DNA from: an uncultured delta proteobacterium
Lineage (GTDB): Bacteria; Desulfobacterota; Binatia; Binatales; Binataceae
Assembly (NCBI GenBank): GCA_963724765.1
Contig: CAVRVY010000003.1
Location: forward strand, 1,440,001 to 1,504,000
DNA: 64,000 nt
Reading direction: 5' to 3'
In this document: positions 18,894 to 27,826 of the stretch, piece by piece
Layout of the letters: every line of letters begins with the position of its first letter
Position numbering within the stretch: the stretch's first letter is position 1
Translations under genes and position numbers: made by a program
Notes under the pieces: model-generated
The model's database searches: none
What the model was told of the DNA's origin: nothing
The model's input: only the letters and a program-made list of their open reading frames with translations

Positions 18894-19898
18894 TCATAGC
18901 ATCTCCATCGCGCAACGAGCGGCTCCTGCCAGCGCCGCGGCCGGATTGAGCGAGACCCGCACCGGAATCCTTGCCAATACTTTATCGAGCCGGCCCTTGG
19001 CGATAAAGGCGCGCACGAATCCACCCGTATTGAGCGTCGCGAGAATCTTGGGCGCGATCCCGCCGCCGAGATAGACCCCCCCCAGCGCCATGAACTTCAA
19101 CGCCAGGTTGGCCGCCTCTGCGCCGTAAATATCGACGAAGATTCTCAGCGCCTCGACGCATCGAGGGTCGCGGCTTTTGAGCGCGGATTCACTGATTACC
19201 GCCGCCGCATCGGTGGCGCCGGCAAACTCATCGGCTAGCCATTGCGGCTCGGGGTCCGGCGTGCGCGCCTTGAGAAAGTTGTAGATGTTGACCAGTCCCG
19301 GCCCCGACAGCACGCGCTCGAAACTTACGTGGTCGAATTCGCCGCTCAGATACTCGAGCAGTTCGATCTGTTCGCGGCCACGCGGCGCGAAGTCCGCGTG
19401 ACCGCCCTCGGAGGCGACCGATCGCCAGCGCCCGTCCTCGAGCGGCACCAGCCCGGCCTCACCGAGACCGGTGCCCGCCGCGATTACCGCGATCGGCGCG
19501 CGCGAGGCCGGCGGATCGCCGGGCTGGAGCACCGCTATTTCGCTCTCCTGGAGTTGGAGCATTCCGTAGGCGGTCGCCTCGAGGTCGTTGATCAGCCGCG
19601 CGCCAGGCACGCCGAGCGCGCGCGCCAGCTCCCGCTCTTCCATCGTCCACGGTACGTTGGTCGCGTGACTGACGCCGCCGATGATCGGCCCCGGCACGCC
19701 GAAGCAGGCGGCGTCGATCGCCCATGCGCCGCTCAAAAAGTCGCTGGCGACCTCTTCGAGAGTTTTGAAATCGCGCGTCGTGTAATGTTTTTCGCGCAGC
19801 AGCGCCGGCGCTCCGCCCTCGACCCGGTAAAGGCCCAGCAGGGTCTTGGTGCCGCCGATATCTCCCGCCAAAACCGCCGCCTTGGTCCGCAACGCCAT
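18894..19898 (-). CDS. glk: Glucokinase
   Basis: LAGDIGGTKT, LINDLEA, AGTGLGEA, SEGGH, ERVLSGPGL, GGVYLGGGIAPKI. Confidence 0.96.
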   Translation of the reverse strand: MALRTKAAVLAGDIGGTKTLLGLYRVEGGAPALLREKHYTTRDFKTLEEVASDFLSGAWAIDAACFGVPGPIIGGVSHATNVPWTMEERELARALGVPGARLINDLEATAYGMLQLQESEIAVLQPGDPPASRAPIAVIAAGTGLGEAGLVPLEDGRWRSVASEGGHADFAPRGREQIELLEYLSGEFDHVSFERVLSGPGLVNIYNFLKARTPDPEPQWLADEFAGATDAAAVISESALKSRDPRCVEALRIFVDIYGAEAANLALKFMALGGVYLGGGIAPKILATLNTGGFVRAFIAKGRLDKVLARIPVRVSLNPAAALAGAARCAMEML

Positions 19899-19900
19899 CG

Positions 19901-20914
19901 TTAGCCGCCTTCAGCCTTGAGCTGTTCCGCCAGCGCGACTTCCTCGGCACTGCCGATATAGACCGGCACGCGTTCGTGGATGCTGGAGGGGATGAAATCG
20001 AGCACGCGTCCGCGCCCGGTGGAGCCGGCGCCGCCGGCCTGCTCGGCCAGCATGGAGAGCGGCGCGACCTCGTACAGCAGGCGCAGCTTGCCCTTGCTCT
20101 TGCCGCCCGCGCTCACCTCGCCGGGGTAGAGAAAGATTCCGCCGGTCAACAGGCAGCGATGGAAATCGCCGACGAACGCGCCGCAGTAGCGCAGCGAGTA
20201 GCCGCCGCCCTTGTCCTTGGGTCCGGTCAGGCGTTCCAGCAGCGCGCGCGCCCCCGGATGCCATCGCGCGGCGTTGGCCTGGTTGACCGCGTAGGTTTTG
20301 CCGCGCGCCGGCATCCGGATCTTCTCGCGCCATAGCACGAACTCGCCGATTTCGCGCTCCAGCACGAATGCGTTGACGCCGTCGCCCGCCGTCCACACCA
20401 GCATCGTGGCCGGCCCATAGAGCGCGTAGCCCGCCGCGATCTGCTCGGTGCCGGCGCCGAGCGCGTCCGCGATATCGTCGCCGTGGCCGTGCTTGCGCCG
20501 GCGTACCGCAAAGATCGTCCCGAGCGAGCCGTTGACCCCGATGTTGGAGGAACCGTCGAGCGGATCGTAGAGCAAGGCATAGGAATCGTGCGGGTGTTGC
20601 ACTTGGGTATGTCGCGGCTCTTCTATCTCTTCCGAAATCAGCGTGCATATCGGGTGGCCGCCCGCGAATGAATCGAGAAACACGTTGTTGGACCAGGTGT
20701 CGAGTTTTTCGACCTGCTCGCCCTGCACGTTGGTTGCTCCGCTTAAGCCCAGCTCGCCCCGCAGCGCGGCTACCGCAAGCTCATTGGAAATTCGCTTGAC
20801 GGCGAGCGCCACGTGTTCCAGGGTCGCGCTCAATTTCGCTTCTATTCGCGGCCTGGTCATGCGCAGATAGCGGTCCAAACTGATCATCGATACGTCAGCC
20901 GACGGGTTAGCCAT
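19901..20914 (-). CDS. fbp: Class 1 fructose-1,6-bisphosphatase
   Basis: NVQGEQVEKLD, SEE, DPLDGSSN, YALYGPAT, KLRLLYE. Confidence 0.95.
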   Translation of the reverse strand: MANPSADVSMISLDRYLRMTRPRIEAKLSATLEHVALAVKRISNELAVAALRGELGLSGATNVQGEQVEKLDTWSNNVFLDSFAGGHPICTLISEEIEEPRHTQVQHPHDSYALLYDPLDGSSNIGVNGSLGTIFAVRRRKHGHGDDIADALGAGTEQIAAGYALYGPATMLVWTAGDGVNAFVLEREIGEFVLWREKIRMPARGKTYAVNQANAARWHPGARALLERLTGPKDKGGGYSLRYCGAFVGDFHRCLLTGGIFLYPGEVSAGGKSKGKLRLLYEVAPLSMLAEQAGGAGSTGRGRVLDFIPSSIHERVPVYIGSAEEVALAEQLKAEGG

Positions 20915-21134
20915 TTTTGCCTCCGGTTGGCGATGCGATAAATGTGCGTTGAACCTCGCAGCGCCTCCCCTGTGCGGTCAGCGGCGCCATCGTATTTGAA
21001 CTTGTTTGGTCGTCGATCACCATCGCCGGCTGGAGTCCGCGCGTGTCAGCGCAGCGTATTCTCGAGGCTAACGCAATCCGCCAGATCTGCCTAGGGCAAT
21101 ATGCAGCCGTGGCGCATACGAATCCACATCGGTT

Positions 21135-22478
21135 TCAGGATTTGTTTCGCATCGTCACGAACTCCTCGGCCGCGGTGGGATGAATTCCGATGGTCGCGTC
21201 GAACTGCGCCTTGGTCGCGCTGCACTTGAGCGCGATCGCGAGGCCCTGGATGATCTCGCCGGCGGCGTCGCCCACCATGTGGCATCCGAGCACCCGATCG
21301 GTCTCGCGATCGACCACCAGTTTCATAAAACTGTGCTCGTCGCGGCCGCTGAGCGTATGCTTGAGCGGCCGAAAGGTCGACTTGTAGATGTCGATCGCGC
21401 GATAGCGCTCGCGCGCCTGGGCCTCGGTGAGACCCACGGTGCCGATAGTGGGCTGGCTGAAGACCGCGGTCGGCACGTTGTCGTAGTCGGGGGTCTTCGG
21501 ATTGCCGCTAAACAAGGTTTCCGCGACGGCCTGTCCCTCGGCGATCGCGACCGGCGTTAGCTGCATCCGATCGGTGCAGTCGCCGACTGCGTAGATATTC
21601 GGCGCCGACGAGCAGGAGTAGGAATCCACGACGACCGCGCCCTCGTAGTCGAGCTTCACTCCCGCCCGTTCCAGCCCGAGGCCGCGCGTGTTGGGAGTTC
21701 TTCCGGTTGCAAACATGATCAGGTCGGCTTCCAGCGTGGCGCCATCGGTCAGCGTTGCGCAAACTCCGCGCGGGAGTTTTTCGATCCGTTCGACCTGGCG
21801 GTTGAAACGAAGATCGATTTCCCGCTTGCCCATTTCGGCCGCCAGCGTGCGGCGCAGGTCGTCGTCGAAGCCGCGCAGGAACAGGTCGCCGCGATGCACC
21901 AGCGAGACCTTTGCGCCCAGGCCGTGGAAAATTCCCGCGAATTCGACTCCGATATAACCGCCGCCTACCAGGATCGCGCGCGAGGGAAATTGCGGCAGAA
22001 AAAACGCCTCGTTCGAGGTGATCGCCAGTTCGCCGCCGGGAATCGTCGGCGTGGAGGGCCATCCTCCGGTCGCAACCAGGATGTAGCGTGCGGTGTAGCG
22101 ATCGCCTCCGACCACCACCGTGTGCGCGTCGGCGATCGTCGCCCGTGCGCGCAGGATTCGCACTCCATTGTCGGTGAGGAGTTTCTCGTAAATGCCGTTG
22201 AGCCGCGCGATCTCGCGGTCCTTGTTGGCGATGAGCGTGCTCCAGTTGAAGCTGCGCTCGCCGACGCTCCAACCGAAACCGGCGGAATCGTTAAAATCTT
22301 CGCTGAATTCGGAAGCGTAAACGAAAATCTTCTTCGGGATACAGCCGACGTTGACGCAGGTGCCGCCAAGGTAGCGCTCCTCGGCCAGCGCCACCTTGGC
22401 GCCGAATTGCGCCGCCATCCGGCTCGCGCGCACGCCGCCCGAGCCGCCGCCGATCGTGAACAGGTCGTAATCGTACAT
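21135..22478 (-). CDS. gorA: Glutathione-disulfide reductase
   Basis: IGGGSGG, GGTCVNVGCIPKK, GGGYIGVEFA, IHPTAAEEFVTM. Confidence 0.96.
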   Translation of the reverse strand: MYDYDLFTIGGGSGGVRASRMAAQFGAKVALAEERYLGGTCVNVGCIPKKIFVYASEFSEDFNDSAGFGWSVGERSFNWSTLIANKDREIARLNGIYEKLLTDNGVRILRARATIADAHTVVVGGDRYTARYILVATGGWPSTPTIPGGELAITSNEAFFLPQFPSRAILVGGGYIGVEFAGIFHGLGAKVSLVHRGDLFLRGFDDDLRRTLAAEMGKREIDLRFNRQVERIEKLPRGVCATLTDGATLEADLIMFATGRTPNTRGLGLERAGVKLDYEGAVVVDSYSCSSAPNIYAVGDCTDRMQLTPVAIAEGQAVAETLFSGNPKTPDYDNVPTAVFSQPTIGTVGLTEAQARERYRAIDIYKSTFRPLKHTLSGRDEHSFMKLVVDRETDRVLGCHMVGDAAGEIIQGLAIALKCSATKAQFDATIGIHPTAAEEFVTMRNKS

Positions 22479-22529
22479 GGAAGCGGGGCCTCTCCTTTAC
22501 GCGAACAGCGAAGCGAGTCTGTTTCTTCG

Positions 22530-22586
22530 GTCATCCTGAGCGAAGCGAGTTTGCGAGCGGAGTCGGCGGCCTTCGCTCAGGATGAC
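22530..22586. repeat. REP-like palindrome, copy 1
   Basis: 16-bp perfect inverted repeat GTCATCCTGAGCGAAG..CTTCGCTCAGGATGAC between selD and gorA. Confidence 0.85.
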
Positions 22587-22601
22587 AAAGCAAAACTGAC
22601 A

Positions 22602-23675
22602 CTACACCAGCTCGATCGCGAAGCCGGTTTGCGCGACCACCCGGCCAATCACGGCGGCCTCGAGGTTGCCGCCGGCCTGCAACTCGGAGAGCAGCGGCAG
22701 CGCCTGGGGTTGGGGCAGCGCGATCAACAGGCCGCCCGAGGTCTGCGGGTCGAAAAAGATCTCCGCCATCTCGGACGCTACTTCGTCGGAAATTCTGACG
22801 CGAGCGCCGTAGAACTCGCGGTTGCGCCGTCCGCCGCCGGGAATCATCCCCTCACGGCAACAATCCAATGCGCCGGGGAGCAACGGCAGGTCGGATTCCT
22901 CGATTCGCAACGTGACCCCGCTGCCTTCGGCCAGCTTGCTCGCATGGCCGGCCAGGCCGAAGCCGGTGATATCGGTCGCCGCATGGACCTCGTGACGCAG
23001 CATCGCGCGCGCCGCCTCGGCGTTGAGCGTGGTCATCGAACGCACCGCCGCTTCGTAGTGCTCGGCAGCCAGGCGGTCGCGCTTGAACGCGGTCATCAGG
23101 ACGCCGGTGCCGAGCGGCTTGGTGAGCAGCAGAGCGTCGCCGACGCGCGCGCCGACGTTGCGCACGATATGCCGCGGATCGATCACCCCGGTCACCGCCA
23201 TCCCGTATTTCACTTCATCGTCGGCGACGCTGTGTCCGCCGACGATCACGACGCCGGCCTCGCGCGCTTTCTCGGCGCCGCCGCGCAAAATTTCGCCCAG
23301 CATCTCGCCCGGCAGTCCTGTCTGGGGCCAGCACACGATATTGAGCGCGGTCTTCGGCGTCCCGCCCATCGCGTAAATGTCGGAGAGCGAGTTGGCGGCC
23401 GAGATCTGGCCATAGGTGAACGGGTCGTCGACCACCGGGGTGAAAAAGTCGACCGTGTTGACGACGGCGATCTCGTCGGTCAGACGATACACTCCGGCGT
23501 CGTCGCCGGTAGTGATACCGACGAGCAGGTCGGGATGGCTTCCCGGGTCGAACCGGCTAAGCGCGGCTGCGAGGTCCTCCGGACCCAGCTTGCCGGCTCA
23601 ACCCGCCGCCTTGCAGCGCGCGGTGAGCCGGATCAGCTCGCCACGCGTCGCATTATTGCTGCGCTGTTCAGGCAT
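22602..23675 (-). CDS. selD: Selenide,water dikinase, selenocysteine-containing (UGA at codon 26)
   Basis: ATG at 23675 reads MPEQR..IRLTARCKAAG-TGA-AGKLGPEDL..GDDAGVY, in frame with ORF 22602..23492 (TVDFFTP, ANSLSDIYAMGG, GGHS, TDITGFGL, DPQTSGGLL). The TGA sits at the catalytic Cys/Sec position. Confidence 0.95.
23553..23596 (-). promoter_or_regulatory. Bacterial SECIS-like hairpin downstream of the selD UGA
   Basis: Apical GGUCC-GGA-GGACC (23573-23585), plus lower pairing CCGGC-AAGC/GCUU-A-GCCGG, just 3' of the UGA at 23598-23600. Confidence 0.75.
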
Positions 23676-23718
23676 CGTCGGTTATTTTGGCGCAAGCCCG
23701 GCCGCCGCGCCATCATCA

Positions 23719-25662
23719 TCATGGGTGTGCGCGCAGGCGGCGGGCGTCGCCGACCCGCGTGGTCACGCCCGAGTGGTCGAAATAGTCGAGCAGCGCGATC
23801 GCGAACTTGCGCGAGGCGCCGAGCAGGTCGCGAAAGGTCGCCGCGGTTATCTCGGGCGCGGTCTTCAGATGGTCGAGCAGGCGCTGGCGCGCAGCTTCCA
23901 TCGCCTCGCGGCTGAAATAGAGATCGCTCGCGATTTTCACCACGCGGCCCTCGCGCTCGAGCGCGACGAGCAGCGTGCGCATCCGCGCGAGTTCCGAGGG
24001 CGGCAGCTTGAGCTCTTCGGCGAGTTGTTTGAGATCGGGCGGATGGAACTGCGCGCTCTTGAGCGCCTCGGCGAGCCGCTCCCCAAGCCGGCCCTCGTCG
24101 CCACCGAGTTTGACCCGATGCGACTTGAGCCGGAGCACGCTTTCCTCGCGCACGAGTTCGGATTCGCGCCCCAGCCGGTCCACCAGCGCACGAAACGCGC
24201 GCGCGCTCACTTCGTAAGGCAGCCGCTCGCGCAGCGCCTCCATCTCGAGCCCGGGTGAGAGCGGCTCCGCCTGATGATGCGCCGCGACTGCGGTCGCCGC
24301 GTAGCGCTTGAGCTCCTCCCATTTGCCCGCCGTCGTGTAGCCTTCCTCGTCGCCGAGCGAGAGCTTGACGAAGCGGCGATCTTTGAGCGCTTCGTCGATC
24401 TCGCGCGCAGGGGCGTTGAGCAGTTGGGCGACCCGCGCCGCGGTGACGGCGAAACTCTCCTGCAAATCGATCAGCGCTTCGATGGTCGCGGGTGCGAGCG
24501 CGCCCTCCAGCGCGCCGAGATGTTTCAGGTAAACCTCCAGTGGCCTGCGCACGCGCCGCCCGAGCGGGTTGAGCACGACGCCGCCGCCGAGCGTGCGCCG
24601 GCTGGTCTCGTCGCGGATGACGAAGCGGTCGCCGGCCAGCGCGACCATCGGCTCGTTCAGCACGAGCTGCACCAGCGCGCTCTTTTTGGGCGCGATTTCG
24701 CCCGGCGCTTCGAGCACGATCGCACGGCCGATAGTCTCGGCGGTGCCGATGAACAAGCGCACGCGCTCGTTATTCTTGAGCGGGCGCTTGGCGGCCGGCC
24801 GAATTTCCAGCCGCGCGTCAAATCGCATGGTCGTCAATTCGAGCCGATCGTCCGCAACCACGTCGCCGCGCTTGAGCTCCATCCGCTCGGCGCCGCTCAG
24901 GTTGAGCGCTACGCGCTGGCAGAGCCCCGCGCGCTCGACCGGCTCGGAATGAACCTGGATCGAACGCACCCGGACTTCGTCGCCCGCGGGCAGTACGCGC
25001 AGCTTCTGGCCGACGCGCACCTCGGCACCCATCGCGGTTCCGGTCACCACCGTGCCGTGACCCTTGATTATGAACGCGCGGTCGAGCGGCAGGCGGAACA
25101 GCCCGGTCGGCCGACGTGCCTCGAAGCCCTCGAGCTGACGCGCGATCGCCGCGCGCAATTCGTCCAGACCTGCGCCGGTTACCGAAGAGACCGCGACGAT
25201 CGGCGCGCCCGCCAGACGCGTGCCGTCGGTCAGCAGTTCGATCTCGTCGCGAACTTCACCAAGGCGTGCGGCGTCGGCGAGGTCGGCCTTGGTGATGACG
25301 AAGATGCCGCTTTTGACCCCGAGCAGATGCAGGATGTCGAGATGCTCTTCGCTCTGCGGCATCACGCCGTCGTCGGCGGCGACCGTGAACAGCACGAGAT
25401 CGATCCCGTGCGCGCCGGCCAACATGTTGCGGATGAAACGCTCGTGGCCGGGGACGTCGACTACGCCCGCGCGCTTGCCGCCGGGCAGGGTGAAATAGGC
25501 GAAGCCTAAGTCGATCGAAATCCCGCGTTCCTTTTCTTCCTTGAGGCGGTCTGTGTCCTGGCCGGTGAGCGCCTTGATAAGCGCGGTCTTGCCGTGATCG
25601 ATATGGCCCGCGGTACCGATGATTGCGTGGGTGACGGCGTGATGAGTGACAGTGGCAGCCAT
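23719..25662 (-). CDS. selB: Selenocysteine-specific elongation factor
   Basis: [38 protein letters not shown]-terminal winged helix [21 protein letters not shown]. Confidence 0.98.
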   Translation of the reverse strand: MAATVTHHAVTHAIIGTAGHIDHGKTALIKALTGQDTDRLKEEKERGISIDLGFAYFTLPGGKRAGVVDVPGHERFIRNMLAGAHGIDLVLFTVAADDGVMPQSEEHLDILHLLGVKSGIFVITKADLADAARLGEVRDEIELLTDGTRLAGAPIVAVSSVTGAGLDELRAAIARQLEGFEARRPTGLFRLPLDRAFIIKGHGTVVTGTAMGAEVRVGQKLRVLPAGDEVRVRSIQVHSEPVERAGLCQRVALNLSGAERMELKRGDVVADDRLELTTMRFDARLEIRPAAKRPLKNNERVRLFIGTAETIGRAIVLEAPGEIAPKKSALVQLVLNEPMVALAGDRFVIRDETSRRTLGGGVVLNPLGRRVRRPLEVYLKHLGALEGALAPATIEALIDLQESFAVTAARVAQLLNAPAREIDEALKDRRFVKLSLGDEEGYTTAGKWEELKRYAATAVAAHHQAEPLSPGLEMEALRERLPYEVSARAFRALVDRLGRESELVREESVLRLKSHRVKLGGDEGRLGERLAEALKSAQFHPPDLKQLAEELKLPPSELARMRTLLVALEREGRVVKIASDLYFSREAMEAARQRLLDHLKTAPEITAATFRDLLGASRKFAIALLDYFDHSGVTTRVGDARRLRAHP

Positions 25663-25770
25663 GACACGAAGCAGAGCTTACTCCGTGCGGCGCCCTCGCA
25701 AAAAGAGCGGCGTTGGCGCACTGGTACGCTCCTATCGGCGATTACGGGAACTCTGACGGGTATGCGACAG

Positions 25771-25849
25771 CGTTGGGTTGGAAGCCCAACGGGCGGGCTC
25801 GGTAGGGGGGAGAGAGCCGAGCCCGCCCATTCATGTGGGCACAAGATGC
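25771..25849 (-). ncRNA. Candidate small RNA or structured leader with C-rich loop
   Basis: 12-bp stem GGGCGGGCUCGG/CCGAGCCCGCCC with loop CUCUCUCCCCCCUA, followed by a CGUUGGG/CCCAACG hairpin; directly downstream of a sigma54-like motif. Confidence 0.5.
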
Positions 25850-25859
25850 TCTAAGACAA

Positions 25860-25875
25860 AGCATCTTTCGTGCCT
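25860..25875 (-). promoter_or_regulatory. Putative sigma54 (-24/-12) promoter
   Basis: Minus strand AGGCACGAAAGATGCT = GG-N10-GC with GGCACG core. Confidence 0.55.
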
Positions 25876-26120
25876 ATGCCGCCGCTCGACAAAACCTTTA
25901 TAAAAGCCGGTTCTTGGTACGCTCTTTACCGGGGCAGATGCTTTTCTACGCGTAGGTATTACAAGGTTGAAAGATTTGCCCGCTTTCGCTTGTTCTGAAT
26001 CGTTTGGAGCGTCGTCGCAGCACTTCCGTTCGCTCGGGAACGAAAATGCAGCGACGCGCCCCGGGCGCCCGCGAATGGCAGCGCCGCCTCGTCCCATTCC
26101 GACGGCGTGCGCGCCCCAAG

Positions 26121-26498
26121 TTACTTGCCCTTTATCTGGTTCAGATAGGTCGCGAGATCGAAATAGTCGCGCCAGGCTTTGATCTTGCCCGCGCTGATCT
26201 CGAACACGCCCGCCACCGGTACCACCACCGGACGGCCGTTGACGATGAACGAATCGACGCGCTCGTTGAACACCGTCGCGCCCGCCGACGCGGTGCTGAG
26301 GATTTTGAACTCGATCTTGGTGGTCCCGGGCATGAAGCCGTCGATAGTCTTGCGAATTTCGGCTTTGCCTTTGGCGGCTGCGAGCGGGATGTTGTGGTAG
26401 ACCGCATCGTCGGTGAAGAACTCCATCACCTTGTCGATGTTGAGCGTCTCCCAGGTTTTGCAAAACCGGCTCACCAACTGTTCGTTCTCGGAAGCCAT
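26121..26498 (-). CDS. Limonene-1,2-epoxide hydrolase / NTF2-like protein
   Basis: FTDDAVYHNIP, VFNERVD, PVAGVFE, IKAWRDYFD. Confidence 0.92.
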   Translation of the reverse strand: MASENEQLVSRFCKTWETLNIDKVMEFFTDDAVYHNIPLAAAKGKAEIRKTIDGFMPGTTKIEFKILSTASAGATVFNERVDSFIVNGRPVVVPVAGVFEISAGKIKAWRDYFDLATYLNQIKGK

Positions 26499-26514
26499 CG
26501 TGAGATTCTCCTTC

Positions 26515-27024
26515 TCAGGGCTTGTCCGCTTCCTCATCGAGGTAGAAGCGGTCATCGTCCTTATTATAGCCGAACAGCTCGGCGAAGCGGCCCCATCCGA
26601 CGATCGTGGCGAACATCCGTTCCGGCCGCTCGTCCGGCAGGAGCATCGCGAGGTGTTCGAGCACTACTTCCTTGGAGAGCGAATGATCTTCCTGCCCGCG
26701 CAGGAGCCGCACGAAGTAGCTGAACAGCGAATGTTTCTGGAGCTGCTCGCGGATAATCCGTTTGCGCCCATTCATATCGCCGGCGAGAAACTCGCGCCCC
26801 AGCGGCTCCAACACCACGTCGCCGGCCGGAGTGGAGACCAGCCCCAGGATTTCCGCCGCCTTCATCACCTTGAGCAGATCGGAGAACTTGAAGTTGAGGT
26901 CGCGCGCGATCTTATAGCCGTCTTCGCGTCCGCCACGGTCCTCGAGCATCTCGAGCAGGCCGAAGACCCACGTGAGCTGGGCGTCGGGAACTGGATGAAT
27001 CAGCGACGGAGCAGCCGAGGGCAT
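26515..27024 (-). CDS. Stand-alone C-terminal AAA-associated domain of NitT/TauT ABC ATPases
   Basis: GLLEML..GGRED, AAEILGLV..GDVVL, TIVGWGRFAELFGY; ATG overlaps the ATPase stop (TGATG). Confidence 0.85.
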   Translation of the reverse strand: MPSAAPSLIHPVPDAQLTWVFGLLEMLEDRGGREDGYKIARDLNFKFSDLLKVMKAAEILGLVSTPAGDVVLEPLGREFLAGDMNGRKRIIREQLQKHSLFSYFVRLLRGQEDHSLSKEVVLEHLAMLLPDERPERMFATIVGWGRFAELFGYNKDDDRFYLDEEADKP

Positions 27025-27782
27025 CAGGCGCGCTCCTCGATCAGCGAGAAGACTTTGTCGGTCAGGTTGTTGAAGGATTCGCCCCGCCGATCGCGCGGAC
27101 GCTGAAGTTCCACCTTGATGTCGCCGACCAGCCGCCCGGGCCCGGTCGAGAGCACCAGGATGCGGTCGGCGAGTTCGACCGCCTCCTCGATGATGTGAGT
27201 AACCATGATGATGGTCTTGACCGGGCTGTCGGCGGCCTGCCACAGGTCGAGCAATTCCTCGCGCAGTCCAATCGCGGTCAGTGCGTCGAGCGCCGAGAAC
27301 GGTTCGTCCATCAGCAGCACCGCCGGTTCGACCGCGAGCGCCCGCGCGAGCCCCACACGCTGGCGCATCCCGCCCGAAAGTTCGCGCGGGTAGGCCTCCT
27401 CGAAACCGTCGAGCCCCACCTTATCGATGTAGTGTGTCGCAAGCCGCTCGCGCTCGGCAGGCGGGATGCGGCGCGCCTCCAGGCCCAGTTCGATGTTGGC
27501 CTTCACGCTGAGCCACGGCAGTAGGGCGAAGGACTGAAAGACCATCGCGCATTCGGGATTGATGCCGTCGACCTGCTGGCCGTTATAGAGCACCTGGCCC
27601 GAAGTCGCCGGCACGATACCGTTGATGATCCGCAGCAGGGTCGATTTGCCGCATCCCGACGGCCCGACGATCGCGACGAACTCGCCGAGCTCGACGCTGA
27701 ACGACATCTCGTTGAGCACGCGCATGCTGCCCTTGGCATGTGGATAGCTCTTGGAGACCTGTTTGAGCTCGAGCAGGGCCAT
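27024..27782 (-). CDS. NitT/TauT family ABC transporter ATP-binding protein
   Basis: GPSGCGKST, VFQSFALLPW, LSGGMRQR, LMDEPFSALD, VTH. Confidence 0.96.
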   Translation of the reverse strand: MALLELKQVSKSYPHAKGSMRVLNEMSFSVELGEFVAIVGPSGCGKSTLLRIINGIVPATSGQVLYNGQQVDGINPECAMVFQSFALLPWLSVKANIELGLEARRIPPAERERLATHYIDKVGLDGFEEAYPRELSGGMRQRVGLARALAVEPAVLLMDEPFSALDALTAIGLREELLDLWQAADSPVKTIIMVTHIIEEAVELADRILVLSTGPGRLVGDIKVELQRPRDRRGESFNNLTDKVFSLIEERA

Positions 27783-27826
27783 GGATCGGCTGGGTCGGAG
27801 TCAGACATCGTCGATGCTCAACAGGC

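Noticed and set aside
23493-23675. selD as a nonsense pseudogene
   Set aside because: The TGA is at the catalytic position with a SECIS-like hairpin and selB adjacent, so recoding is the better explanation.
21894-23915. 673-aa plus-strand ORF
   Set aside because: Antisense to gorA, selD and selB, which have clear motifs.
25722-25930. Plus-strand TGGTACGCTC motifs as sigma54 promoters
   Set aside because: Both lack GC at the -12 position; kept only as a direct repeat.
25663-26120. tRNA-Sec (selC) near selB
   Set aside because: No cloverleaf, UCA anticodon arm, T-loop or CCA found; the hairpins are not tRNA-like.
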